DNA of 64,000 nt from Spirochaetia bacterium. GTDB taxonomy: Bacteria; Spirochaetota; Spirochaetia; SP-2023. The stretch lies in the NCBI GenBank assembly GCA_965263295.1, contig OZ253665.1, positions 1,408,001 through 1,472,000 on the forward strand, read 5' to 3'. The position numbers and the translations under genes are program-made. This document shows, piece by piece, positions 1 to 9,936 of the stretch. The notes under the pieces are model-generated. The model was not told the origin of the DNA. It saw only the letters and a program-made list of their open reading frames with translations, and searched no databases. The stretch's first letter is position 1. Each line of letters begins with the position of its first letter.

Positions 1-1154
1 CAAAGCTCATTGCAGAGTTGGCGTACATGCCCATTCAGGTCGGGCAGGTCGGGAGCCTCACCATTAATCTGCTGTTCTAGTCGGCGGTACTCGTCCAACA
101 CTAGAATTTTCTGAATTAAGTTATTACGCTTGTCCAGCCCCTTCTTAATGGCATCTTGATGACTGCCGGAAAACGCTGTGAATACCAGGTTGCCGCTGTA
201 TGAATGGCGCGGTGGCACCGAAAGGCCGGTGAACTGTTCGTAGGCATTGACCACATTCTGCATATCTGAAAAATCTAGTCCCGAAGCGATCCCCTGGACA
301 TCGCAATTTAGTGCCAGGGTTACAATATCGACATTGCCCGTGCGTTCACCATTGCCAAACAAAGTCCCTTCAATGCGTCTGGCACCGGCCAGCACGCCCA
401 GCTCAGCTGCGGCGACGCCGCAGCCGCGGTCATTGTGGGTGTGCACACTAATACAAGCCTGTTGGCTATACATGAATTCACGACAAAACAGTTCGACTTG
501 ATCCGCATAGACATGTGGACCATATAGCTCAACCGTGGCTGGCAGGTTGACGATTAACGGCAGTTGGCTCTGATACCACTCCTCGGCCACGGCATTGCAG
601 ATATCCGCAGCCACAGCCATTTCAGTGGCAGTAAAACTTTCGGGCGAATACTCCAAGGTAATTTTTGTACCCTTTAGGTTGGAAAGCCCATCCAGCAGAA
701 TCTTGACCCCGTCGACAGCAATCTGGCGAATTTCCTTGACGCTCTTGCCAAATGTAATCCTGCGCTGTTGCTCGGAAGTTGAATTGTATAAATGCAAAAT
801 AGCTTGAGGAACGCCATTTAGAGACTCTATTGTCTTGTCGATCAAGCGCTTGCGTGCCTGAGTCAGCACTTGGACCTGACACCCTGAGGGAATCTGACGC
901 CGTTCGACAAGATGACGCAGGAAAGCATATTCAGTATGGGAAGCAGCGGGAAAGCCGACTTCAATTTCACGGAATCCAACGGCATATAATTTGTCAAAAA
1001 AGGCACTCTTTTGCTCGATGCCCATAGGATTCGGCAAGGCCTGGTTGCCGTCGCGCAGGTCGACACTGCACCAACGTGGCGCCTCTTCTAATGTCTTGTC
1101 TGGCCAGCTGCGGTCATGCAAACAAACGGGCCGGTACTTGCGATATTTTGCCAT
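1..1154 (-). CDS. leuA: 2-isopropylmalate synthase (LeuA type 2), 5' part; runs off the left edge
   Basis: Manual translation from ATG 1154: MAKYRKYRP...WCSVDLRDGNQAL, HLYNSTS, EYSPESF, HTHNDRG, GTLFGNGERTGNVD, AFSGSHQDAIKKG. Absent from the ORF track only because its stop lies outside the window. Confidence 0.95.
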   Translation of the reverse strand, partial: MAKYRKYRPVCLHDRSWPDKTLEEAPRWCSVDLRDGNQALPNPMGIEQKSAFFDKLYAVGFREIEVGFPAASHTEYAFLRHLVERRQIPSGCQVQVLTQARKRLIDKTIESLNGVPQAILHLYNSTSEQQRRITFGKSVKEIRQIAVDGVKILLDGLSNLKGTKITLEYSPESFTATEMAVAADICNAVAEEWYQSQLPLIVNLPATVELYGPHVYADQVELFCREFMYSQQACISVHTHNDRGCGVAAAELGVLAGARRIEGTLFGNGERTGNVDIVTLALNCDVQGIASGLDFSDMQNVVNAYEQFTGLSVPPRHSYSGNLVFTAFSGSHQDAIKKGLDKRNNLIQKILVLDEYRRLEQQINGEAPDLPDLNGHVRQLCNEL

Positions 1155-1163
1155 AACGACAAC

Positions 1164-1192
1164 AATATAAAAGCCTGCCCCAGAAAAGTAAA
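1164..1192 (-). promoter_or_regulatory. Putative sigma70 promoter of leuA (TTTACT-N17-TATATT)
   Basis: Minus-strand hexamers at 1192-1187 and 1169-1164 with a 17-nt spacer, 9 nt before the ATG. Confidence 0.45.
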
Positions 1193-1644
1193 GCGGCATA
1201 AACCCCATGCACGACGGATCATTTACAAGCCTTAAATCCACATTGCCTTTTTGTCACGCCAACTACATTCGTAGCGCGAAATCGGTAAAGCAGCAGATTT
1301 CAGGGAGGGATTGACATGCGAACGGCTAAATATTAAACGGCCAGATATTATTTGTGAGATTTCTTGACTTGATGGATATCAGATACTATACCTTAAATGC
1401 AGAAAATGCAGAGATCGCCTGACTCTAATAATGAGGTGCAACAAATGATAGATCTTGCAGGAATTAAAGATGGCCAATGGATTGATTCCCCCAAAAGCTC
1501 GTCTGTTTCCGACAACGCGAGGCGGGTATTCCACTGCGCAAAACTTGAACGGAAACAAAGTACGGAAACAAATTAATGGGGCACTTTCAAGCGCTTCATT
1601 CGCTTCATTGCCAGCTGAATTGGCGGGGCGCACCATAACTTGCA

Positions 1645-2916
1645 ATGGCCATGGCCACCCGAGCACAGACAGAAGCTGAGCGAGCGGCAATGCTCGCCAA
1701 TTTTCATACGGTGGTGCGCGTCGGCACCCTGATCACGAGTGCAGGGACCGGCGCCTACCGCGTGCGCGAGGTAATGAACCGGGTCGGCGTCGCCCTCGGT
1801 TTTGATCGCATTGACGCCGAAGTGACACTCAATGCCGTAATCGCTACCTGCCACCGCAACGGCCAGATAAATACCCTGGTCGGCAGTGTGCCGGCGATGA
1901 GCGTCAACGCCGGGCGAATCAGCGCAATAGAGCGGCTTTCTCTGGATTCTTGTCGCCTGGGCCGCACCGCAATTGACGCGCGGCTCAACGTCATTGAAGC
2001 AACGCCGCCACGCTATAACCGATGGGTGACGACTCTTGCCGCAATGGCCGCCTGCGCGGCATTTTGTTTTCTCAATAACGGCAGCCAGGTCGAGTGCCTC
2101 AGTGCCGCGCTTGGAGCCGGCGCCGGGCATTTCTTGCGCAGCACTTTGGCGCGCCTCCAGCTCAATCAGTTCGGCGATGCCCTGCTGGCCGGGGTACTTG
2201 CCTGCATCGTCTACCTGGCGATCAGCGGCCTCATGATCCCGTTCGGTCACGACTTGCGCCACGATGCCGGCTATGTTTCGGCCGTCTTGTTTCTGTTTCC
2301 GGGATTTCCCTTGATTACCGCCGCGCTGGATCTCTCGCGGCTGGATTTTACTGCCGGCAACTCGCGGCTCACCTACGCCGTGTTGATGATTACAGTCACT
2401 GCCATCGGCGCGTGGATCGTAGCTTATTTCGCGCACTTTACGCTGGCAACGGCAACGGCGTTGCCGTTGCCGGCTCCCCTGCGCCTGGCGCTGCGCCTGC
2501 TGGCGAGCTTTATCGGCGTATTTGGTTTTGCCTCAATGTTTAACACCAGGGCACAAGTCGCCGCCGGCGCGGCGTCGATTGGCATGCTAGCCAACACGCT
2601 GCGTCTGTATTTGGCCGATGCGACGCTGCCGCTGCAAGCTGCCGCACCCTGTGCGACATTGCTTGTCGGTTTGATGGCCGCGGCGCTGGCACCGCGTTTG
2701 CGTTGTCCGCGAATCACGCTGTCGGTGCCGGCGGTCTTGATCATGATTCCCGGAACCACCGCTTATCGGGCCTTGGTCTATGGCAACGAAGGCATGTCGT
2801 TTGAAGCGTTTCGCAGCGCCAGCCAGGTAATCTTCATCGTGGCGGGCATTGCGATTGGACTTGCCGCAGCCCGCATGCTGACGGACAGGGCGTGGACGTT
2901 CAGGCGGCACGACTGA
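1645..2916 (+). CDS. thrE: Threonine/serine exporter family protein (ThrE + ThrE_2 fusion)
   Basis: G(T)GAYRVRE motif, LFLFPGFPL and VPAVLIMIPG motifs, about 10 hydrophobic segments. Confidence 0.85.
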   Translation: MAMATRAQTEAERAAMLANFHTVVRVGTLITSAGTGAYRVREVMNRVGVALGFDRIDAEVTLNAVIATCHRNGQINTLVGSVPAMSVNAGRISAIERLSLDSCRLGRTAIDARLNVIEATPPRYNRWVTTLAAMAACAAFCFLNNGSQVECLSAALGAGAGHFLRSTLARLQLNQFGDALLAGVLACIVYLAISGLMIPFGHDLRHDAGYVSAVLFLFPGFPLITAALDLSRLDFTAGNSRLTYAVLMITVTAIGAWIVAYFAHFTLATATALPLPAPLRLALRLLASFIGVFGFASMFNTRAQVAAGAASIGMLANTLRLYLADATLPLQAAAPCATLLVGLMAAALAPRLRCPRITLSVPAVLIMIPGTTAYRALVYGNEGMSFEAFRSASQVIFIVAGIAIGLAAARMLTDRAWTFRRHD

Positions 2917-3175
2917 CGGCAGAGCCGGTCTCGCAATCACAGCTGGCACATGGGCGAGCTTGTCGCCGCGCAGTCATTTGATTTTACAATAATCGGCGCT
3001 GCCAGAAATACAAAATTCAAACTGCAAGCGATAAATTTCAAGCGAAAAGAAGAGAAAACTCGGCCAGAGAGCTGGCAAAATTTTTTATCTGCGCTACAGT
3101 ATCCCCAAGTTTTGGCTAAATCTCAGCAGGCTCAGACATGCCCAGCAAAAATTGTCAAGACGCAACTAAATACAT

Positions 3176-6100
3176 ATGATAAATATATTTAAATACAGTA
3201 GAAACCAGAAAGTCTCTTTCGAGCAATCAGTTACATATCATTTTATCGCTCCGCTGTATTTGAACGCAAGCCTAAATTGGCTTCTGATTGCCATTCTGGC
3301 TTTAGTCTCAATATTCGCGCCAAGCTCGCTGGCGGCACCAAGCCCGCTGCAGGCGCAAGAGCCGCCCGGCAATCCCTCTCGACCTGAGACGGGTGTCGTC
3401 TCTGGCAACTTGGCGGCAAGCGAGCGGCGCAGTGCAAGCGCGTTGCTGCAGGAAACTGTTCAGCGCCTACAACAAAGCCAGTACCAAGCCGCCTTGCAAA
3501 GCATCGGCAACTACCAGCTTCTCTATCCGGGGCATTACCGCTCAAGAGAATCCAATTTCTACCGCGCTATCGCCCTCTACCACCTAAACCAGGTACAAGA
3601 GGCCCGTACCGGTTTTAATGCCCTGTTGGCATCTGCGCCGGACGAAGCCCGGCGCTTCGGCGTATTTTACTGGCTCGGACTTTGTTCCTACCGCCTGGGC
3701 GAGGCCGATACGGCCTACGACATTTGGCTGCGCCAGTTGGCTGTGCGCGAAACGGGAGCAGCGGACTATATACAGCAGACTTATTTTGGCCTGGCGCAAT
3801 TGTTGACAGAACGTGGCGACGAGGAGCTGGCGCTGCGCTATTTTCGCCTGCTGCAAGGACGCATTAAGCGGCGTGCGGGCTTTGCTCACGGCTACCTGGC
3901 CTTGAAACACGCCTTGTACCAGGAAGCCTATAATGCCTTTAGCGCATATTTAATTCAGGAAAATATCGAAGGTGGCCCATCCCGCTCCCAGGCCTTGTTC
4001 TATCAAGGCCAAGCGGCATTTTTTGCCGGTCTACTCGACCAAGCCAAACAGAGTCTGGACACAGTACTACGACTTTACGATAACCGCGAACGGCTGTTTC
4101 TCGCCGCCTTGATTATGAGATTGCGCATCGCAGTGGCAAAAGGAGATCGCGAGACGGCCGGACGCTTCTACAGCGAAGCCACAGCCTTGGAGCAACGTTA
4201 TAACCACGGTTTGCAAGACTGGCTAAGCGAAAGCGAACTGCCACTTTTTATTTTACAAGGCTATTATCCACTCGCCAAGAAACACTTGAGGGCCAAGCTA
4301 CAGCAGGCCCGTGGACGCACCGAGCGCGAAATCGCACGCTTCAATCTCGCTCTCGTCGAAGCTTTCCTAGATGTACGCTACGCCGTACGAAAGCTGCAAA
4401 AGCTGGAAAACTCTTTTATTCAGGGCATCGCTGAGCGAGCCTTATTTCATGCAGCCCGGCTGCAAATCTCCTTTCCCCTGACCCGTGCGGAAGGCCTTGC
4501 AGAAATGGAACATTACCTGAAACAGTATCCGCAAGGCCGATATAGACATCAAGCCGTAAAGATCCTGTTGACAGTTTATCGCAGTGACCCCGAACGCTTC
4601 TGGCTAGAGGGTTCCATACTATTGGCAAGCGAAACAGAAAACCCGTTATGGCCTGAAAAAGAACGGGCGCGTTTTCATCTATACTGGGCCGAAATGGCCC
4701 GCCAGCTCGGCAACGACCATGCCGCACTGAGCCATCTGCACCAGAGCTGGAAACTAGCCCCCAAGGAACTCGTCGGGTTGCAGGCTTATTATCGCAGCGG
4801 CGCTCTATACTTTGGCCAGCGGCAATATAGCCGGGCGCTTGGCTACTTTCGCGAAGTGCAACTGCAGCTAAGCGAGCGACAATTCGCTTCCGCGCAGGTA
4901 CGAGCTGAGGCCGCGGAACTAAACTTTTATGCCCAACTAAGTATGGCGCAGGCCTACGCCGGCGCCGGTCAGCCGCGCGAAGCCTTGCGCCAATTTGAAC
5001 AGTTGATTGCCCAAAGCCAGGAAGCGCGACTGGGGCGCAACGTAGAAGAGGTTCAACTGCAACTTGGCCTGGCCTACTTCTACCAAAAAGCCTACAAGCA
5101 AGCGGTGGAAACCTTTGACCTAATCATTGCCAAAGGAGTATTCCCCAGCAACCAGGCCAGTATTCCTTCCGACCAGTACTCCCCTGCCCTGCTGGCCCTA
5201 TACTGGAAAGGTGAAGCATTATTTCGCCAAGGGCTCTTTGCCGCAGCTCGACAGAGTTTTCGCCGGGCAAATGAAATCTATCCCGAAGCCCTAGGCGCCA
5301 ATGCCTACCTGCGGGCAGCACTGGCGGCCAAAGCTGCTGAAGACTATGAAAGCGCCATTCAAGACCTGCAACAAGCTCAATCCTTTGTCGGGGGCAACTT
5401 GCCGCAGTTGCTGAATGTCGATTTTAACTTGATTAAGTTTAACCTGCTGCTGGGACGGGATGCAGAGGCCCTAAAAACGGCTCAGCACATGTTAAAATCG
5501 GTGCCACCGGCATACAATTTCCTCGGTGAAGCCTTTATGGAAGTGGCCGAATTCTATTTCAACCGCGGAGATATACAACGTAGCAAGGCCATACTGGATC
5601 TCTTGGAACAGGAATTTATTCGCAAACTGCCACCGCGGGAGAGTCAAGAGAGGCAGCACTTGGAACTATTTCTCGAAGAGCAAAAACAAGACTTACCCCA
5701 TACCCAAGGCCTCATTGCCCAAGGTCTAATTGTCGATGGCGCCCTGCTGGCCAACCTAAAAGACCGGCTATTTTCCTTTGACACCGAGCAATTCCTGAGG
5801 CGTTACAGCCGCAAGCTGGCCAGCTCCCTGCCGGGCGATGCCCCGGCCGTCGACCAAAACATTCAATTTTATATCGGAGATGATGATAACATTGAACATG
5901 CCGCTTTGAGTAATTCTGTCTTCTCGGCACTTTACCTTCAGGGCATTATCTATGCGCAAGAAAAAGACCACTGGAAGGCCTGCGAATACTTTCTACAGTA
6001 TCTGAGGAAAGATCCCTTCGGCCCGTACGCCATCTCGGCTGTCAGCAGTGTGTTGCGCCTCATCCCCGAACTCAACAGCCGCCACCGGCAGCTGTATAAA

Positions 6101-6610
6101 TCGTTAAAAGGAGCCCACTTGGGGGACGCTCTGGGGTCGATATTATTTGTGCGATATTGGTCCCTGCAAGAAGATAACGCGGCCAAAAAGCGTCAGCTAG
6201 AGAAAATCATCCGCCAGACTTTATCCATTAACGCCCGCAAAGAGGCAATGTATCATTTATCTATATATTATCGCAGACAGGGAAATATCGAGAGAGCGCA
6301 AGAACTTTTGCTGAATCTACGTAATATCAAGGGAGGCAACCTGGCACTCGACCCAGAAAATTACTGGGCTGGGCTGGCCAACCTAGAACTGGGGCGCACG
6401 GCATATCGAAAAAATGATTTTACCAGCGCAAAAACCTTTTTCAAAGCCATAGTCAATCAGGCCCAAGTCGAGCGCGAGACTCTCGCCGAAGCCCTCTACT
6501 GGCTGGCCAGTATTGCGCACTTTGAGGGCAATGCCAAAGAAGAGCAGCGCTACCGTCAGAGCCTGCAAAACCTGGCCCCAGATAGCGAATGGTTACGGAA
6601 GCTCGGCTAG
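3176..6610 (+). CDS. Large tetratricopeptide-repeat protein, probably exported (start uncertain)
   Basis: Many TPR-like repeats (YWLGLCSYRLG, ALFYQGQAAF, ALYWKGEALF, EALYWLASIA) and an N-terminal hydrophobic segment. Confidence 0.8.
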   Translation: MINIFKYSRNQKVSFEQSVTYHFIAPLYLNASLNWLLIAILALVSIFAPSSLAAPSPLQAQEPPGNPSRPETGVVSGNLAASERRSASALLQETVQRLQQSQYQAALQSIGNYQLLYPGHYRSRESNFYRAIALYHLNQVQEARTGFNALLASAPDEARRFGVFYWLGLCSYRLGEADTAYDIWLRQLAVRETGAADYIQQTYFGLAQLLTERGDEELALRYFRLLQGRIKRRAGFAHGYLALKHALYQEAYNAFSAYLIQENIEGGPSRSQALFYQGQAAFFAGLLDQAKQSLDTVLRLYDNRERLFLAALIMRLRIAVAKGDRETAGRFYSEATALEQRYNHGLQDWLSESELPLFILQGYYPLAKKHLRAKLQQARGRTEREIARFNLALVEAFLDVRYAVRKLQKLENSFIQGIAERALFHAARLQISFPLTRAEGLAEMEHYLKQYPQGRYRHQAVKILLTVYRSDPERFWLEGSILLASETENPLWPEKERARFHLYWAEMARQLGNDHAALSHLHQSWKLAPKELVGLQAYYRSGALYFGQRQYSRALGYFREVQLQLSERQFASAQVRAEAAELNFYAQLSMAQAYAGAGQPREALRQFEQLIAQSQEARLGRNVEEVQLQLGLAYFYQKAYKQAVETFDLIIAKGVFPSNQASIPSDQYSPALLALYWKGEALFRQGLFAAARQSFRRANEIYPEALGANAYLRAALAAKAAEDYESAIQDLQQAQSFVGGNLPQLLNVDFNLIKFNLLLGRDAEALKTAQHMLKSVPPAYNFLGEAFMEVAEFYFNRGDIQRSKAILDLLEQEFIRKLPPRESQERQHLELFLEEQKQDLPHTQGLIAQGLIVDGALLANLKDRLFSFDTEQFLRRYSRKLASSLPGDAPAVDQNIQFYIGDDDNIEHAALSNSVFSALYLQGIIYAQEKDHWKACEYFLQYLRKDPFGPYAISAVSSVLRLIPELNSRHRQLYKSLKGAHLGDALGSILFVRYWSLQEDNAAKKRQLEKIIRQTLSINARKEAMYHLSIYYRRQGNIERAQELLLNLRNIKGGNLALDPENYWAGLANLELGRTAYRKNDFTSAKTFFKAIVNQAQVERETLAEALYWLASIAHFEGNAKEEQRYRQSLQNLAPDSEWLRKLG

Positions 6611-6767
6611 GGAGTTCGGGGAGCTCCAGTTCAAATCAAAGGCGATCCGCACAAAAAAATCCAGACGTAGTTTGAAGCCGGCAAATAGAAACCATTCGCC
6701 CTTAACTACAAGCAACCCAAACCTTAAATAGAAAAGATTACAAATTTCTACAAAGATTTTTTTTTCT

Positions 6768-6794
6768 TAAAGAAAATACGACGCTTCCCGAAAA
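6768..6794 (+). promoter_or_regulatory. sigma28 (FliA) promoter of flaB
   Basis: TAAA-N15-CCCGAAAA versus consensus TAAA-N15-GCCGATAA, directly upstream of flagellin. Confidence 0.7.
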
Positions 6795-6804
6795 TCTTTT
6801 TATA

Positions 6805-6838
6805 GAGCACGGATGCTCCCAATCAATTCCACGGAGGA
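6805..6838 (+). promoter_or_regulatory. Two CsrA-type binding sites in the flaB 5' UTR
   Basis: Hairpin GAGCA-CGGA-TGCTC (6805-6818) and TCC-ACGGA-GGA overlapping the Shine-Dalgarno (6828-6838). Confidence 0.7.
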
Positions 6839-6845
6839 TGATACT

Positions 6846-7697
6846 ATGATTATCAACCACAACTTGTCTGCGATGAATGCCAATCGTCGCCACGGCGTCG
6901 CCGATATCTCCACCGGTAAGTCTATAGGCAAACTTTCTTCTGGCTCACGCATCAACCAGGCTAGCGACGATGCGGCTGGCTTGGCTATCTCCGAGAAAAT
7001 GCGCGCTCAGGTCAATGGTTTGAACCAAGCCTCTAGCAATGCTTTGAATGGCATTTCTTTCATTCAGACTGCCGAAGGTTACCTGAGTGAGACTACGTCG
7101 GTATTGCAGCGCTTGCGCCAACTGGCCGTTCAATCCGCCAACGGTATCAACACCGCTGAAGATCGTCAACAAATCCAAGTTGAAGTCTCTCAGCTGGTCG
7201 ACGAAGTTGATCGCATCGCCTCCCAAGGTCAGTTTAACACTCTGAATATGCTGACGGGAGATTTCTCTGATAGCCAGGCTGCCACAAATTCGATGTGGAT
7301 TCACATTGGGGCCAATGCCGATCAGCGTGAGCGCGTCACGATTGCGACCATGACCGCTACATCTCTAGGTATTCGCGATGCCGGCGACCAGAGTGCCATT
7401 TCCCTTGAAACTACCGACTCGTCCAACAACGCCATCGCTGTCTTGGACAACGCCATAATGCGGGTCAGCAAGCAGCGTGCCGACCTGGGTGCCTACCAGA
7501 ATCGCTTTGAAAAGGCTATTGAAGGTCTGGATACTGCAGCTGAAAACTTGCAGGCTGCCGAGTCGCGCATCCGCGACTTGGATATGGCTAGCGAGACCGT
7601 CGAGTTCACTCGCAATCAGATTCTCAGCCAGTCCAGCATGGCTATGCTGGCTCAAGCTAACCAGCGTCCGCAGCAGGTTCTTCAGCTCCTCCGCTAG
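6846..7697 (+). CDS. flaB: Flagellar filament core protein FlaB (flagellin)
   Basis: MIINHNLSA...[26 protein letters not shown]-terminal [11 protein letters not shown]...[21 protein letters not shown] before ATG 6846. Confidence 0.97.
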   Translation: MIINHNLSAMNANRRHGVADISTGKSIGKLSSGSRINQASDDAAGLAISEKMRAQVNGLNQASSNALNGISFIQTAEGYLSETTSVLQRLRQLAVQSANGINTAEDRQQIQVEVSQLVDEVDRIASQGQFNTLNMLTGDFSDSQAATNSMWIHIGANADQRERVTIATMTATSLGIRDAGDQSAISLETTDSSNNAIAVLDNAIMRVSKQRADLGAYQNRFEKAIEGLDTAAENLQAAESRIRDLDMASETVEFTRNQILSQSSMAMLAQANQRPQQVLQLLR

Positions 7698-7779
7698 ACT
7701 TCCGTAGATGACTACTAATAGGTTGATTTTTGTCATAACCTGTCAGTCTTAGAGAGCCCGGCTATTATGAGGCAATATA

Positions 7780-7812
7780 AAAGAAGCGGCCGAACTTTCG
7801 GTCGCTTCTTTG
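7780..7812 (+). terminator. Intrinsic terminator after flaB
   Basis: AAAGAAGCGGCCGA-ACTT-TCGGTCGCTTCTTT stem-loop. Confidence 0.8.
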
Positions 7813-7869
7813 TATTGTAAACGCAAACCTTCCCACATTTCTAAAATACTTGAACCTTGAGAATGCCAA

Positions 7870-8388
7870 ATGAGTTCAACATATAAACGCGGTCGCATCG
7901 GGGAAGATTTAGCTTTACAATACTTGTGTGCAAAAGGATATGGCCTGCTGCAGCGCAATTTCCGCATCAGAGGTGCGCAAGCCCTCAGCGAGATTGATCT
8001 GGTTTTTTTGGTACCGAAAATGCTCAGACAATCGGCAAGCCTTCAAAGAGAAATTCCCGCAACTTTGCGCGGAGAGCTGTCTGATTTCACTCAAGGTAAT
8101 ATGGCGGGCAAAGGTAAGGATATACGAAAGTCACGCTTAACCAAACTATTTGATTGTTATAACAGGCAATTATTGCTGGTTTTTGTCGAAGTGAAAAATT
8201 GGCAGGCTTACACTTTCTCTGATCTAGACAGCAATTTGACTCAGGATCGGCAGCAACGACTGCTAAAAACGGCAGAATGTTTTTTACAACAAAATGCTTT
8301 GACGGGAGACGTATCTTGGTGCTTCGACCTCATTCTAATAGAAGGTAGAAGTGGAACCGTGCGTCATATTGAAGCGGCTTTCCCCTAA
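7870..8388 (+). CDS. yraN: YraN family (UPF0102) putative endonuclease with an internal insertion
   Basis: GRIGEDLALQYL, RNFR, EIDLV, LVFVEVK, FDLI motifs. Confidence 0.85.
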   Translation: MSSTYKRGRIGEDLALQYLCAKGYGLLQRNFRIRGAQALSEIDLVFLVPKMLRQSASLQREIPATLRGELSDFTQGNMAGKGKDIRKSRLTKLFDCYNRQLLLVFVEVKNWQAYTFSDLDSNLTQDRQQRLLKTAECFLQQNALTGDVSWCFDLILIEGRSGTVRHIEAAFP

Positions 8389-8430
8389 AAATAATTTAAT
8401 TAAAAGAATATATTCATTTCGAGTTTTGCA

Positions 8431-8580
8431 GTGAAAATAGCAAGAAAAACGGATCAGCAACGCATTGAGTACTTGCGCAAAGAAATTCAAAGGCCAGAAT
8501 ACCGACGGCAAGCGATTCAAATTATTGCCTCAAGCCTTACCGAAGCCTTGGTGCGCAATCATAAGAACAATGAGAACTAG
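8431..8580 (+). CDS. Small 49-aa protein with a FlgM C-terminal-like pattern (not in ORF track)
   Basis: GTG 8431 to TAG 8580: MKIARKTDQQRIEYLRKEIQRPEYRRQAIQIIASSLTEALVRNHKNNEN; amphipathic helical composition within an AT-rich intergenic region. Confidence 0.55.
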   Translation: MKIARKTDQQRIEYLRKEIQRPEYRRQAIQIIASSLTEALVRNHKNNEN

Positions 8581-8953
8581 ATAATAATAAACTAGTTTTA
8601 TCCCTTTGCGACACAGAGGATTCTTGCACGGCCAACTTGTTTATCCTTCAAGCTGTTTCATCTAAAATTCATTGCACATACATATAAAATCCATCGACTG
8701 GCAATTTGTTTTGTAAGTAGAAAAAAACTATTGCCTTTATTTGGCAGCATTACTAAATTATTTGGCGCATATTCTAGTCTGACATAGGCGATATTGAATT
8801 AAATGGTAATCCTTGGCCTATCGTTTTGGCAAACATATATTGATGAGAGATTTTCTGTTTGATCAATCTTTACAATAAAATTTGTAAAGGCACTTTACTT
8901 TTAATTCTGGCTTTAGACTTTTGCATTTGGCACGATAATTTCGAGGAGTTTCT

Positions 8954-9904
8954 ATGATAGAGATCAAGAACCTATATAAAAACTACGGCTCCCTGCAAGC
9001 GGTGCGAGATATTTCGCTAAATGTTCCCAAGGGACAGGTACTCGGTTTACTCGGGCCAAATGGTGCTGGTAAATCCACCACGTTGCGAATTCTGACGGGT
9101 TTCCTTGAAGCCAGTTCGGGGGAGCTTACAGTCGGAGGATACTCTGTCAGTGAGAAACCTCTGGAAATACGTAAACTGATTGGCTACCTGCCAGAGACGA
9201 CTCCTCTGTATGAAAACATGCTGGTATACGACTACCTGAATTTTGTGGCCCAGTCTCGCGGAGTTTCACAGACTGACTGCCTCGACAAAATAAGTAGAGC
9301 CGCTCAGCGTTGCAATATTATAGAATTTATTCACCGGCCTATCGGCGAATTGTCCAAAGGGCAACGGCAGCGCGTTGGTTTAGCCATGGCTATTCTAGAT
9401 GATCCACAAGTCCTGATATTAGATGAACCCACCAGCGGCCTTGATCCGAATCAGATCATTGGTATTCGTTCTATCATCCGCGAGCTAGGAAAAGAAAAAA
9501 CTATTATTTTTTCTACCCATATTCTCAGCGAAGCCGAAGCCACTTGTGACCGTGTAGTGATTATCAGCCAAGGCCAAATTGCAGCAGACGGCAGTATTGA
9601 GGAACTCAAGAGACGGCAGAGTAGGCAGTCTAGTCTTAGTCTGCGTATTGAAAGCCAAGACGCCGATGCCGTACAGCGCAGCTTTAGCGCTCTGGGCGAA
9701 GCCGAATTAGGCCCAGGAGCACAGGTAATAACAGAGGCCGCCGACAACGGCGAAATAGTTGTGACCCTGCACGGCGAGCGCTGCAACAGTTCAGAAGCAA
9801 AGCAACAGATAAAAAGTATCATTCGTTCCAACGATTGGTTTATGCTCGGTATGGCAAGCAAGAATAACAGTCTCGAAGACATTTTCCGCGAGCTAACTAA
9901 TTAA
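8954..9904 (+). CDS. ABC transporter ATP-binding protein (GldA-like)
   Basis: Walker A GPNGAGKST, signature LSKGQRQRV, Walker B LILDEPTSGLDP, H-loop STH. Confidence 0.93.
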   Translation: MIEIKNLYKNYGSLQAVRDISLNVPKGQVLGLLGPNGAGKSTTLRILTGFLEASSGELTVGGYSVSEKPLEIRKLIGYLPETTPLYENMLVYDYLNFVAQSRGVSQTDCLDKISRAAQRCNIIEFIHRPIGELSKGQRQRVGLAMAILDDPQVLILDEPTSGLDPNQIIGIRSIIRELGKEKTIIFSTHILSEAEATCDRVVIISQGQIAADGSIEELKRRQSRQSSLSLRIESQDADAVQRSFSALGEAELGPGAQVITEAADNGEIVVTLHGERCNSSEAKQQIKSIIRSNDWFMLGMASKNNSLEDIFRELTN

Positions 9905-9936
9905 AGGCAACATATACTAAACAAAAGGAATTCTCT

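Noticed and set aside
247..1066. Short ORFs in the track suggesting a fragmented gene
   Set aside because: They are alternative-frame shadows of the continuous leuA frame
1316..1336. Mini-ORF MRTAKY with a GGAGG RBS as a leader peptide
   Set aside because: No amino-acid run or attenuator hairpin, and it is about 300 bp from thrE; it overlaps a chance-like 15-bp tandem duplication
1430..1590. Possible lysine riboswitch before thrE (GAGGTGC...GGGGCACT ends)
   Set aside because: The internal conserved elements (GAAAGG, GCCGAA, ACUGUC) and the multi-stem pairing are not evident
1573..2949. Long antisense and overlapping ORFs (e.g. 287 aa) over thrE; similar ones over pyc and pcrA
   Set aside because: Expected by-product of high GC3 codon bias; no recognisable motifs
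6611..6660. GTTCAAATC T-loop-like motif suggesting a tRNA
   Set aside because: No cloverleaf, acceptor stem or D-arm can be formed
8926..8945. sigma54 promoter (TGGCAC) before the ABC operon
   Set aside because: The -12 TTGC element is missing and the site abuts the RBS
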